NCBI RefSeq assembly: GCF_964213995.1
Contig: NW_027590578.1
Coordinates: 62,001 to 126,000 of the forward strand
Direction: 5' to 3'
Length of the DNA stretch: 64,000 nt
Source of the DNA: Mustelus asterias
Lineage: Eukaryota
The stretch's first letter is position 1. The number at the start of each line of letters is the position of its first letter. The notes under the pieces are model-generated. The model was not told where the DNA came from and searched no databases. It saw only the letters and a list, made by a program, of their open reading frames with translations. Both the position numbers and the translations under genes were made by a program. Positions 23,867 through 36,544 of this stretch are shown here, piece by piece.

Positions 23867-24680
23867 TTTAAAGTATATTTACTAGTCAGAAGTAGGCTTA
23901 CATTAACACTGCAATGAAGTTACTGTGAAAATCCCCTCGTCGCCACACTCCGGCACCTGTTCGGGTAACACTGAGGGATAATTTAGCACGACCAATGCAC
24001 CCTAACCCGCACATCTTTGGACCGTGGGAGGAAACCGGAGCACCCGGAGGAAACCCACGCAGACACGGGGAGAATGTGCAAACACCACACAGACAGTGAC
24101 CCAAGCCGGGAATCGAAACCTGGTCCCTGGCGCTGTGAGGCAGCAGTGCTAACCCACTGTGTCACCATGCTGCCCCGGGTCCCTGGCGCTGTGAGGCAGC
24201 AGTGCTAACCCACTGTGCCACCGTGCTGCCCCGGGTCCCTGGCGCTGTGAGGCAGCAGCGCTAACCCACTGTGTCACCGTGCTGCCCCGGGTCCCTGGCA
24301 CTGTGAGTCAGCAGCGCTAACCCACTGTGTCACCGTGCTGCCCCGGGTCCCTGGCACTGTGAGGCAGCAGTGCTAACCCACTGTGTCACCGTGCTGCCCC
24401 GGGTCCCTGGCGCTGTGAGGCAGCAGTGCTAACCCACTGTGCCACCGTGCTGCCCCGGGTCCCTGGCGCTGTGAGGCAGCAGTGCTAACCCACTGTGTCA
24501 CCGTGCTGCCCCGGGTCCCTGGCGCTGTGAGGCAGCAGTGCTAACCCACTGTGCCACCGTGCTGCCCCGGGTCCCTGGCGCTGTGAGGCAGCAGTGCTAA
24601 CCCACTGTGTCACCGTGCTGCCCCGGGTCCCTGGCGCTGTGAGGCAGCAGTGCTAACCCACTGTGCCACCATTCTGCCAC
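23865..24680 (-). repeat. V-SINE whose head is amplified into ~10 x 56-bp tandem repeats (24122-24680)
   Basis: Unit gggtccctggcgctgtgaggcagcagtgctaacccactgtg(t/c)caccgtgctgcccc, period 56. Confidence 0.9.
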
Positions 24681-25111
24681 CAATAGTAATCATCGAACAT
24701 ATTGAAGACTGGAAGAAATCTGTTCAATTTGATACATAAACAACATTAATTATTTTCTGAGGTGTGGCCCAAGTCAAATTAGAGATATCTTTGTGATAGA
24801 AACTCTGATCAGGCAGGATGGGTAAGTCCTTACTTGCTGGGAACGATGAGGGAAAGTCTTTCCTATGGTGTACAGACTCTTCGACCACAGTCACACCAGG
24901 GTCCGTGTCCTGACAAGTGTTTAAATAAGGTTTCACTGTGACAATGACTGTGTTTTGGGTGGATACCAAGGAATCACCTCTGGAACACCTTTCACTTTCA
25001 CTTTACAAATAACAATTTATCCTGGACTCTTACCGGCAATATCGACAATCATTTAGAGTTTGAATTAGTGAGCGAGTGGTTTCCTTTCTGCCGTGAGGAA
25101 GCTGTGGGTGG

Positions 25112-25780
25112 TTTGATTTGATACATGTATTGGGATACAGTGAAAAGTATTGTTTCCTGCGCGCTGTACAGACAAAGCATACCGTTCATAGAGAAGGAAA
25201 GGAGAGGGTGCAGAATGTAGTGTTACAGTCATAGCTAGGGTGTAGAGAAAGATCAACTTAATGCGAGGTAGGTCCACTCAAAAGTCTGACAGCAGCAGGG
25301 AAGAAGCTGTTCTTGAGTCAGTTGGTACGTGACCTCAGACTTTTGTATCTTTTTCCCCAATGGAAGAAGGTGGAAGAGAGAATGTCCGGGGTGCGTGGAG
25401 GTCCTTAATTATGCTGGCTGCTTTTCCCGAGACAGCGGGAAGTGTAGACAGAGTCAATGGATGGGAGGCTGGTTTGCGTGATGGATTGGGCTACATTCAT
25501 GACCTTTTGTAGTTCCTTGCAGTCTTGGGCAGAGCAGGAGCCCCAGACCAAGCTGTGATACAACCAGAAAGAATGCTTTCTATGGAGCATCTGTAAAAGT
25601 TGGTGAGAGTCGTAGCTGACACGCCAAATGTCCTTAGTCTTCTGAGAAAGTAGAGGCCTTGGTAGGCTTTCTTTAACTATAGCGTTGGCATGGGGGGGGG
25701 TTCCAGGTCAGATTGTTGGTGATCTGGACACCTAAAAACTTAAAAATCTTCACCCTTTCTACTTCGTTCCCATTTATGTA
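25112..25780 (-). mobile_element. Rex1/Babar-like LINE 3' fragment
   Basis: KFLGVQITNNLTW and AQSITQTSLPSIDSVYTSRCLGK motifs, with an (AAATC) tail. Confidence 0.7.
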
Positions 25781-26186
25781 CATAAGAAATAGGAGCAGGA
25801 GTAGGCCATCTAGCCCCTCGAGCCTGCCCCGCCATTCAATAAGATCATGGCTGATCTGATAGTTGTTTAGTTCCACTTACCAGCCCGCTCCCCATAACCC
25901 TTAATTGATCAGAAATCTATCTACCTGTGACTTAAACATATTTAACGAGGAAGCCTCCACTGCTTCAATGGGTAGAGAATTCCAGAGATTCACTACCCTC
26001 TGAGAGAAGAAGTTCCTCCTCAACTCTGTCCTAAACTGACTCCCCCTTATTTTGAGGCTGTGTCCTCTAGTTCTTGTTTCCTTTCTAAGTGGAAAGAATA
26101 TCTCCACCTCTACCCTATCCAGCCCCTTCATTATCTTATATGTCTCTATAAGATCCCCCCTCAGCCTTCTAAACTCCAACGAGTAG
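25781..26186 (-). mobile_element. CR1 LINE 3' end
   Basis: EFRRLRGDLIETYKIMKGLDRV...RTRGHSLK...FFSQRVVNLWN. Confidence 0.85.
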
Positions 26187-28338
26187 GGTGCTAAATTGGG
26201 GGAAGGCTAACTATAGCCGGATTAGGCAGGAATTGGTGGCCGTTGATTGAGAGAGGCTGTTCGGGGGTAAGTCCACGTCTGGCATGTGGGAGTCTTTTAA
26301 GGAACAGTTGATAAGGCTGCAGGACAGGCATGTGCCTGTAAAAAGGAAGGATAGGAAAGGTAGGATTCGAGAGCCATGGATAAACAGGGAAATTGAGGAT
26401 CTGATCAAAAAGAAAAGAGAGGCGTACGTGAAGTCCAGGCAACTGAAAACAGATGGAGCTCTGGAGGAATACAGAGAGAGTAGGAAAGAACTCAAACGGG
26501 GAGTTAGAAGGGTCACGAAATGTTCTTGGCAGATAGGATTAAGGAGAATCCTAAGGCATTTTATTCATATGATAGGAACAAAAGAGTTATCAGGGAAAAA
26601 GTCAGACCTCTCGGGGACAAAGGAGGGGAATTATGCTTAGAACCCAAGGAAATAGGGGAGATCCTAAATGAATACTTTGCATCGGTATTCACAAAGGAGA
26701 GGGACTTGTTGACAGGGAGTGTCTCAGAGGGAGGTGTTGAACTGTCAGAGAGAATCTCCATTACAAGGGAGGAAGTGTTAGGTTTTTTAGGTAACATTTA
26801 AAACTGACAAATCCCCAGGGCCTGATGGCATCTATCCTAGACTGCTCAGGGAGACAAGAGATGTAATTGCTGGGCCTCTGACGGAAATCTTTGTCTCTTC
26901 ATTGGACACAGGTGAGGTCCCTGAGGATTGGAGGATAGCGAATGTGGTACCATTATTTAAGAAGGGTAGCAGGGATAACCCGGGTAATTATAGGTCAGTG
27001 AGCTTGACGTCCGTGGTAGGGAAGTTGTTGGAGAGGATTCTTAGAGACAGGATGTATGCGCATTTAGAACGGAACAATCTCATTAGTGACAGACAGCATG
27101 GTTTTGTAAGAGGGAGGTCGTGCCTTGCAAATTTGGTGGAGTTTTTTGAGGAAGTGACAAAAACAGTTGACGAAGGAAGGGCCGTGGATGTCGTCTATAT
27201 GGATTTCAGTAAGGCATTTGACAAAGTCCCTAATGGCAGGTTGGTTAAGAAGGTGAAGGCTCATGGGATACAAGGAGAAGTGGCTAGATGGGTAGAAAAC
27301 TGGCTTGGCCACAGGAGACAGGGTAGCAGTTGAAGGGTCTTTTTCCGGCTGGAGGTCTGTGACCAGTGGTGTTCCGCAGGGCTCTGTACTGGGACCTCTG
27401 CTATTTGTGATATATATAAATGATTTGGAAGAAGGTGTAACTGGTGTTATCAGCAAGTTTGCGGATGACACAAAGTTGGCTGGACTTGCGGATAGCGATG
27501 AACATTGTCGGACAATACAGCAGGATATAGATAGGCTGAAAATTGGGCGGAGAAATGGCAGATGGAATTTAATCCAGATAAATGCGAAGTGATGCATTTT
27601 GGAAGAACTAATGTAGGCGAGAGTTCTGCAATAAATGGCAGAGTCATCAAGAGTATAGAAACACAGAGGGACCTCGGTGTGCAAGTCCACAAATCCTTGA
27701 AGGTGGCAGCACAGGTGGAGAAGGTGGTGAAGAAGGCATATGGCATGCTTGCCTTTATAGGACGGGGTATAGAGTATAAAAGCTGGAGCCTGATGATGCA
27801 GCTGTATCGAACGCTGGTTAGGCCACATTTGGAGTATTGTGTCCAGTTCTGGTCGCCGCACTACCAGAAGGACGTGGAGGCTTTAGAGAGAGTGCAGAGA
27901 AGGTTTACCAGGATGTTGCTTGGTCTTAGCTATGAGGAGAGATTGGGTAAACTGGGCTTGTTCTCCCTCGAAAGACGGAGAATGAGGGGAGACCTAATAG
28001 AGGTGTACACAATTATGAAGGGTATAGATAGGGTGAACAGTGGGCAGCTTTTTCCCAGGTCGGAGGTGACGATCACGAGGGGTCACGGACTCAAGGTGAG
28101 AGGGGCGAGGTATAACTCAGATATCAGAGGGATGTTTTTTACACAGAGTGGTGGGGGCCTGGAATGCGCTGCCAAATAGGGTGGTGGAGGTCGACACACT
28201 GGCATCGTTTAAGACTTACCTGGATAGTCACATGAGCAGTCTGGGAATGGAGGGATACAAATGAATAGTCTAGTTGGACCAATGAGCGGCACAGGCTTGG
28301 AGGGCCGAAGGGCCTGTTTCCTGTGCTGTATTTTTCTT
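26187..28338 (+). mobile_element. HER1/CR1 LINE, 5'-truncated ORF2 with frameshifts and 3' tail
   Basis: Successive ORFs 26284-28179 carry linker, RT and C-terminal CR1 motifs. Confidence 0.92.
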
Positions 28339-28359
28339 TGGGCCTGTACTCAAAGAAAA

Positions 28360-29055
28360 GAACAATCTACTCAATCTCTCCTCATAAGCTAACCCCTCAT
28401 CTCCGGTATCAACTTGGTGAACCTTCTCTGCACCCCCTCCAAGGCCAATACATCCTTCCGCAAATAAGGGGACCAAAATTGCACACAGTACTCCAGTTGC
28501 GGCCTCAACGGTACCTTGTACAATTGCAGCAAGACCTCCCTGCTTTTATACTCCATCCCCTTCGCGATGTAGACAGGGTTCTCCACCATGCTTCCTGAAG
28601 TCAATGACAATCTCTTTCATTTTGTTGACATTGAGGGAGAGATTATTGTTGCCGCACCAGTTCACCAGATTCTCTATCTCATTCCTGTACTCTGTCTCGT
28701 CATTGTTTGAGATCCGACCCACTACAGAGGTGGGCGGGGGGGAGGTAGGGAGGACAACAGTTTGGAAAGCCAGAGCAGCGCAGTAGCACAATGATCAGCA
28801 CTGCTGCTTCACAGCTTCAGGGACCCAGGTTCGATTCCTGGCTTGGGTCACTGGAGTTTGCATGTTCTCTCCGTGTCTGCATGGATTTCCTCCGGGTGCT
28901 CTGGTTTCCTCCCACATTCTGAAAGACGTCCTGGTTCGGCGCATTGGCCCAAACAGATGCTGGACTGTGGTGACTAGGGAAGTTTCACAGTAACTTCATT
29001 GCAGTGTTAATGTAAGCCTTACTTGTGACTGATAAATAAACTTTAAAACTTTAAG
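28360..29055. mobile_element. CR1 and Rex-type fragments (minus) plus V-SINE (28775-29055, plus)
   Basis: LEYCVQFWSPYLRKD and WCGNNNLSLNVNKMKEIVIDFRK motifs, plus a SINE head. Confidence 0.7.
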
Positions 29056-29219
29056 TTCAAAGAACCTCTGCTTATTTGCAGAGGAGAGCAAGTGTTTAAA
29101 TAATTTTCTGGAATGGAACTTAACAGAGTACTGATTCACAAAAATGTGTGATTTTAAAAAAAGTAATGTTTCTTAATTGGGTGACAAGTTATTTTGATTG
29201 TCTTTCATGATTCAATGGC

Positions 29220-29620
29220 GCTGCTATTACCCAACATGCGCTGCGGGTGTGAAAGTGCCCTGTACACTCCAGAGGAGTCCAGTGCGCAGGCGCAGTGCTC
29301 TTTTCGGGGCGCATGCGCGGCGTCACTTCGCTCGGAGCCCTCCGAGTGCGGGAGACGCTTTTTTTGAGCGGGTGAGAGTCGGTGGGGCGGAGGGAGGAAT
29401 GGAGCTGGGAGTCGGGGTGGGGAGGGAGCGGGGGTTTCACAAACACCCGCTGCAGGCCGCAAGGTCCGAATAGGAGCCTGCGGGTCCCGGGTGTTTCGCA
29501 GTGGGGATTTTCCCGGGATCGGGCCCAGTGCCGCGGCCGCCATCTTTGTTCAGCGGGGAGCAGGGCGCATGCGGGGCGCATGTGACGCAATAGATAGTGG
29601 GCGGGGCCTCAGGGTCCCAA
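29220..29620. promoter_or_regulatory. CpG island / ZNF-type promoter upstream of ZNF-F
   Basis: CpG-dense, GCGCATGCG repeats, GCCGCCATCTT at ~29536, GC boxes. Paralogous to 18063-18430. Confidence 0.6.
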
Positions 29621-29651
29621 TGACCAGGAGACAAAATCATTGAATGTCCCC

Positions 29652-30222
29652 TCAGTAAGAAGTTTAACACCAGGTTAAAGTTCAACAGGTTTATTTGGTC
29701 CAACAGGTTTATTAGCAAAAGCCACACAAGCTTTCGGAGCCTTTGCTACCAAATGAACCTTAGAAATCTTAGAAAGAAATCTTAGAAACCCTACAGCACA
29801 GAGAAAGGCCATTCGGCCCATCGAGTCTGCACCGACCACAATTCCACCCAGACCCTACCCCCATATCCCTACACATTTACCCACTAATCCCTCTAACCTA
29901 CGCATCCCAGGACACTAAGGGGCAATTTTAGCATGGCCAATCGACCTAACCCGCACATCTTTGGACTGTGCGAGGAAACCGGCGCACCCGGAGGAAACCC
30001 ACGCAGACACGGGGAGAATGTGCAAACTTCACACAGGCAGTGACCCGAGCTGGGAATCGAACCCGGGACCCTGGAGCTGTGAAGCAGCAGCGCTAACCAC
30101 TGTGCTACCGTGCAGTGCTAACCACTGTGCTACCGTGCCGCCCAAACCTGTTGGACTTTAACCTGGTGTTGTTCAACTTCTTGCTGTGTTTACCCCAGTC
30201 CAACGCCGGCATCTCCACATCC
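29652..30222. mobile_element. Penelope-derived inverted fragment with nested HE1 SINE (29760-30142, minus)
   Basis: caccaggttaaag...aacaggtttatt and its reverse complement flank the SINE. Confidence 0.65.
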
Positions 30223-30594
30223 TCAGTCTGAGCACAGGGCGCGGTGACGGGACCGGGCTCGGGGCGGGGCGACGGGACCGGGTTAAGGGTCACCATCTGC
30301 TCACGGGCACCTGTCCCTCCATCAGAGGAACATCAGAATTAGGATCAGGAAGCGGCCATTCGGTCCATCAATAATACTTTGCAATTCAGCAAGATCATGG
30401 CTTGTGCGCACACAACTTTCCTGACCCTGCCCTTCCCCGCCCCTCCCCCCACACACCACTGATAATCCTTGGCTCCCGAGTGGGTTAAAAATATGCTTCA
30501 CCCAGCCTTGAGTACATTCATAGAATCCCTACAGTGCAGAAGGAGGCTATTCAGCCCATCAAGTCTGCACCGACTTTGTGACAGAGTGTCTTAC

Positions 30595-30751
30595 CTCTCC
30601 CCCACCCCAACTCTCCTCCTCCCCAACTCTCCTCCTCCCCAACTCTCCTCCTCCCCAACTCTCCTCCTCCCCAACTCTCCTCCTCCCCAACTCTCCTCCT
30701 CCCCAACTCTCCTCCTCCCCAACTCTCCTCCTCCCCAACTCTCCTCCTCCC
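30595..30751. repeat. 16-bp minisatellite (CTCCTCCTCCCCAACT)n, ~9 copies
   Basis: Direct tandem periodicity. Confidence 0.9.
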
Positions 30752-30772
30752 GTTGAGGCTGCATTCTAGATC

Positions 30773-31080
30773 GGGTGGCACAGTGGGTTAACACTGCTGC
30801 CTCACAGCGCCAGGGACCCGGGTTCGATTCCTGGCTTTGGTCACTGTCTGTGTGGAGTCTGCACATTCTCCCCGTGTCTGCGTGGGTTTCCTCCGGGTGC
30901 TCCGGTTTCCTCCCACAGTCTGAAAGACGTGCTGGTTAGGGTGCATTGGCCGTGCTAAATTTTCCTTCAGTGTTACCCGAACAGGCGCCGGGTGTGGCAA
31001 CTAGGGGACTTTCACAGTAACTTCATTGCAGTGTTAATATAATCCTACTTGTGACACAAATAAATAAATTTTAAAACTTT
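30773..31080 (+). mobile_element. V-SINE
   Basis: tRNA-like head, V-domain, and ttcacagtaacttcattgcagtg...aataaa tail. Confidence 0.8.
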
Positions 31081-31360
31081 AGACCAAGTGGCGGGTTTCC
31101 TTCCCTGAAGGACATGAGTGAATGAGTTGGGTTGTGACAACGCACCAGTTTTAATGGTCACTTTTTCCTAGTGCTGGCCTCAATTTCATGACCTGTGTTT
31201 GTGTTTTTTGTGGATTCTCCCTCATTCCCTTTTTTTCTATTTTAAATCAATTTCACAGGGTTTTAGAACAGGAGGATTTGCGGTCAGGAAACTCACTCTG
31301 AGCATTACATCAAGATCTGACAGTCACTCATTTTAACCAGAATATCATTGGATTTTGAAG

Positions 31361-32290
31361 ATGGAAGGAAAAAGCACCATTCACAGTGGGGAGAAACCGT
31401 GCACATGTTCTGTGTGTGGACTCGGCTTCAACCAATCATCTGACCTGTTAGAACATAAATGCAGTCACAACAAGGAAAAATCATGGAAATGTGGGGACTG
31501 CGGGAAGGGATTCAACTACCAATCTAAGCTGGAGACTCATCGACGCATTCACACCGGGGAGAGGCCATTCACCTGCCCTGTGTGTGGGAAGGGATTCACT
31601 CAGTCATCAACGCTGCGGACACACCAGCGAGTTCACACTGGGGAGAGGCCGTTCACCTGCTCAGAGTGTGGGAAAGCATTCATTAATTCTACCAATCTGT
31701 TGACACATCGGCGATTTCACACCGGGGAGCGGTTCTTCACCTGCTCTGTGTGTGGGAAGGGATTCACTCGGTCATCCGACCTGCTGACGCACCAGCGTAT
31801 TCACACTGGGGAGAGGCCGTTCACCTGCTCTGAGTGTGGGAAGGGATTCACTCTGTCATCCGACCTGCTAACGCACCAGCGAGTTCACACTGGGGAGAGG
31901 CCTTTTACCTGCTCCATGTGCGGGAAGGGATTCACTCGGTCCTCCCACCTACAGAGACACCAGCAAGTTCACACTGATGAGAGACCTTTTAAATGCTCGG
32001 ACTGTGGGCAGTGCTTTAAAAGTTCCTGGGACCTGGTGTCCCATCGCCGTACTCACACTGACGAGAGACCGTTCAGATGCTCTCACTGCGGGACTGGGTT
32101 CAGGCGATCGTCTGACCTCATTACACACCAGCGCAGTCACACTGGGGAGAGGCCGTTCACCTGCTCCAAGTGTGGGAAGAGATTCACTCAGTCATCCAAC
32201 CTGTTGAGACACCAGCGAGCTCACACTGGGGAGAGACCATTCACTTTGTCCATGTTTGGGAACGGATTCACTCAACAGCCACCCTCCTAA
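31361..32290 (+). CDS. C2H2 zinc-finger protein, 10 intact fingers plus degenerate 11th (ZNF-F)
   Basis: ATG at 31361 (MEGKSTIH...), acceptor at 31259. The stop falls at the junction with a SINE insertion. Confidence 0.9.
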   Translation: MEGKSTIHSGEKPCTCSVCGLGFNQSSDLLEHKCSHNKEKSWKCGDCGKGFNYQSKLETHRRIHTGERPFTCPVCGKGFTQSSTLRTHQRVHTGERPFTCSECGKAFINSTNLLTHRRFHTGERFFTCSVCGKGFTRSSDLLTHQRIHTGERPFTCSECGKGFTLSSDLLTHQRVHTGERPFTCSMCGKGFTRSSHLQRHQQVHTDERPFKCSDCGQCFKSSWDLVSHRRTHTDERPFRCSHCGTGFRRSSDLITHQRSHTGERPFTCSKCGKRFTQSSNLLRHQRAHTGERPFTLSMFGNGFTQQPPS

Positions 32291-32572
32291 AGTTTAAAAA
32301 AAAGTAAAGTTTATTCGTCACAAGTAGGCTTACGTTAACACTGCAATGAAGTTACTGTGAAATTCCCCTAGTCGCCACAGTCCAGTGCCTGTTGGGTCAA
32401 TGCACCAAACCAGCACGTCTTTCGGACTGTGGGAGGAAACCGGAGCACCCGGAGGAAACCCACACTGACACGGGGAGAATGTGCAAACGCCACACAGACA
32501 GTGACCCAAACCGGGAATCGAACCCGGGTCCCTGGCGTTGTGAGGCAGCAGTGCTAACCACTGTGCTACCCC
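32290..32572 (-). mobile_element. V-SINE inserted in the distal finger array of ZNF-F
   Basis: Degenerate fingers resume at 32575-32700. Confidence 0.8.
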
Positions 32573-33429
32573 GACAAAACAGCAGCTTCTCACTGGGGAG
32601 AGACCATCCAGCTGCCCCGAATGACAGAAGGGATTCACTTAGCTGTCCTTTCTGTTGAAATGACACTGAGTTCCCACTGGAGAAACCTTTGAAATGATCT
32701 ACAAGCGACGTGTTCTGACCAATGAGAGACTTCTCAGAATCTCTCACTTTGAGACTAGGTTGAGGAAATTGAAAATAAATGTCAAATGAATCAACTATGT
32801 ATTAAATACAATGCCAATTCTTTTCAGCATCTCTGACACAAGATAGTTTCTTTTGAAGGGCTCTCCCTCTCCCCCGCCTCCTCCATCCTCACCTCCAACA
32901 AGTGTGAGGAGCTCATGGAGCTTCTTCTTTGTTACTAAGATTGAGACAATCTGATCAGATTCCTCTGCTGTTTCCCCTCCCTTCAGCTAAACCACTGGAT
33001 CAAGTTCCCAGTCTCCCTAACCCTGAATCCGCATCCCTGAACCAGTGTCCAAAGATGTGCGGGTTAGTTGATTGGCCAGGTTAAAAATTGTCCCTTAGAG
33101 TCCTGGGATGCGTAGGTTAGAGGGATTAGCGGGTAAAATATGTGGGGGTAGGGCCTGGGTGGGATTGTGGTCGGTGCAGACTCGATGGGCCGAATGGCCT
33201 CCTTCTGCACTGTAGGGTTTCTATGAACCTGCATCCTGCAACCAATCAGCTCTGAGGAAGGGTCATCCAGACTCGAAACGTTGGCTTGCCACAGATGCTG
33301 CCAGACCTGCTGAGATTTTCCAGCATTTTCTGTTTTCGTTTCAAATTCCAGCATCCGCAGTATTTTGCTTTTATCTATCTGGGCGGGTTGTGTGGGTGGC
33401 TGGCGGAGGGAGCTGTTCTCTTTGTTGGA

Positions 33430-34175
33430 GGTTGTGGGGAGAAGCCGGAAGCGGCGGACCACCGTTCAGCTGCTCACGGTGTGGGAAGAGTTTCAGGACA
33501 TCACCCCACCTTCAGACACGGGGGGTGGCACAGTGGGTCAGCACTGCTGCCTCACAGCGCCAGGGACCCGGGTTCGATTCCCGGCTTGGGTCACTGTCTG
33601 TGCGGAGTCTGCACGTTCTCCCCGTGTCTGCGTGGGTTTCCTCCGGGTGCTCCGGTTTCCTCCCACAGTCCGATAGACGTGCTGGTTAGGGTGCATTGAC
33701 CCGAACAGAGGCCGGACTGTGGCGACTAGGGGAATTTCACAGTGACTTCATTGCAGTGTTAATGTAAGCCTTACTTGTGACTAATAAATAAGCTTCAAAA
33801 AACACCAGTGAGCTCACGCTGACGAGAGACCTTTTAAATGTCCAGTGTGTGGGAAGTGCTTTAAAAGTTCTGGGGAACTGCCGGAACATCGACATGTTCA
33901 CACTGAGGAGAGACCACTCAGGTGCTCTCACAGTGGGACTGGGTTCAAGCGATCATCTCACCTCACTGCACATCAGCCAGTTCACACTCGGGAGAGACGG
34001 TTCACCTGGCTCCGAGTGGGGTAAGAGATTGCGAAGAGATTCACTCGATCCTCCAACCTGCCGACCCACCAACAAGTTCACCCTGGGGAGAGAGAGACCA
34101 TTCACCTGTTCCCAGTGTGGGAATGGATTCCCTCACTTACCCCCATCTGGTGACGCAGCAGCGAGTTCACAGGTG
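33430..34175 (+). pseudogene. C2H2 zinc-finger relic G, interrupted by a V-SINE (33522-33795)
   Basis: PFSCSRCGKSFRTS...|SINE|...[19 protein letters not shown]...[12 protein letters not shown] with frameshifts. Confidence 0.75.
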
Positions 34176-34854
34176 ATTACAGAAGTTACATTTTGCCGGT
34201 ATCGCTACTGTTCATCCCATCCAGGACTGAAACATGTTCATTCTGACAGTTGAAGCTGATCTCTAATGTCAGTTACCCATGTTAGACTGAGCATGGACCC
34301 CACCGCAGCTCTCAAACAATGGACCGTCATGCCTGCAAACCTCACTTTAAAGTTATATCATTTAAGAACCGTGCTGGAATAAAGATGAACAATAAACATC
34401 ACAGTCCAATCCTCCAGCTCTAGGACGAGACTCCAGCTCCAGCTCTGCATGTTGGTAATCATATGTTGTTTTGAGCTGTTAGGTTGTTCAAAGTTATTGT
34501 CAGATATTGAAGGAATTATTCTGCAAGTAAATTTAACAGTTTATACCCTCAGACTCTGCTCCCTGCTGTAATGAATACTCAGCATCCATTGGGGCTGATT
34601 TACAGCGAATCACTGACTATCCTGTGGGATCTTGGTTACTTGTTTTGTGAACTAGTTCTCCCCATGAGTGTTGAACTGCAGGATAACTCTGATTACGTTT
34701 AGACATGTCCAGAAAGGGTCTGTGTGCCAAACTTAACTGCAATTTGTAACCAATAAATAATGTTGATGTCCTGACTTATGTCTTGGTAATTTGTGAAGGA
34801 AGATTAAACTTCACTCACGCAGCAGTTGGAGGGGAACCAGACTGAGGCTTGTTC

Positions 34855-36325
34855 TTTTTTTATTCGTCCATGGGATGTGGGTGACACTGGCTGGGTCAGC
34901 ATTTGTTGCCCGTCCCTGAGGGCATTGAAGAGTCGACCACATTGCTGAGGATCTGGAGTCACATTGTAGGCCAGACCGGGTAAGGATGGCAGATTTCCTC
35001 CCCGAAAGGATCAGGTGGTGAACCAGATGGGTTTTTACAACAAAGAACAAAGAACAGTACAGCACAGGAAACAGGCCCTTCGGCCCTCCAAGCCTGTGCC
35101 GCTCCTTGGTCCAACCAGACCAATCGTTTGTATCCCTCCATTCCCAGGCTGCTCATGTGACTATCCAGGTAAGTCTTAAACGATGTCAGCGTGCCTGCCT
35201 CCACCACCCTACTTGGCAGCGCATTCCAGGCCCCCACCACCCTCTGTGTAAAAAACGTCCCTCTGATATCTGAGTTATACTTCGCCCCTCTCAGCTTGAG
35301 CCCGTGACCCCTCGTGATCGTCACCTCCGACCTGGGAAAAAGCTTCCCACTGTTCACCCTATCTATACCCTTCATAATTGACAATGGTTTCATGGTCGTC
35401 ATTAGACATTTAGAACATAGAACAGTACAGCACAGAACAGGCCCTTCGGCCCACGATGTTGTGCCGAGCTTTATCTGAAACCAAGATCAAGCTATCCCAC
35501 TCCCTATCATCCTGGTGTGCTCCATGTGCCTATCCAATAACCGCTTTATGTTCCTAAAGTGTCTGACTCCACTATCACAGCAGGCAGTCCATTCCACACC
35601 CCAACCACTCTCTGCGTAAAGAACCTACCTCTGATATCCTTCCTGTATCTCCCACCACGAACCCTATAGTTATGCCCCCTTGTAATAGCTCCATCCACCC
35701 GAGGAAATAGTCTATGAACGTTCACTCTATCTATCCCCTTCATCATTTTATAAACCTCTATTAAGTCTCCCCTCAGCCTCCTCCGCTCCAGAGAGAACAG
35801 CCCTAGCTCCCTCAACCTTTCCTCATAAGACCTACCCTCCAAACCAGGCAGCATCCTGGTAAATCTCCTCTGCACTCTTTCCAGCGCTTCCACATCCTTC
35901 CTATAGTGAGGTGACCAGAACTGCGCACAATATTCCAAATGTGGTCTCACCAAGGTCCTGTACAGTTGCAGCATAACCCCACGGCTCTTAAACTCCAACC
36001 CCCTGTTAATAAAAGCTAACACACTATCGGCCTTCTTCACAGCTCTATCCACTTGAGTGGCAACCTTTAGAGATCTGTGGACATGGACCCCAAGATCTCT
36101 CTGTTCCTCCACAGTCTTCAGAGCCCTACCTTTGACCCTGTAATCCACATTTAAATTAGTCCTACCAAAATGAATCACCTCACATTTATTTAATTCCATA
36201 TTTTTTATTGAATTCAAATTTCACCATCTGCCGCGCTGGGATTTGAACCTGGGTTCCCAGAGGATCACCCTGGGTCTCTGGATTACTAGTCCAGTGATGA
36301 TGCCATTGTGCCACCACCTCCCCTG
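34855..36325 (-). mobile_element. SacSINE-like element split by two CR1 3' insertions (35040-35377, 35412-36190)
   Basis: SINE pieces at 34945-35040, 35378-35411 and 36191-36325 are collinear. ORFs 34959-35402 and 35546-36217 are CR1 C-termini. Confidence 0.7.
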
Positions 36326-36544
36326 CTCGGCCGGGATACTAACCTCTACACTAATGAGGAGGTTGCTGAATACACATAAGAAGTAGAAGCAGGAAGAGGG
36401 CCATTCAGCCCTTCAAACGCGCTCTGCTATTCAATAAGATCATGCCTGACCTTCACCCTCCCCATAACACTAAATTCCCTTTGTATCCATATCGATCTTT
36501 GTCTTAAATATAACACAACAACTCCCAAACCCCCACTCTTCCCC

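Noticed and set aside
24690-25110. Unique AT-rich stretch with an 81-aa minus-strand ORF
   Set aside because: No recognisable motif or termini. It could not be assigned by eye.
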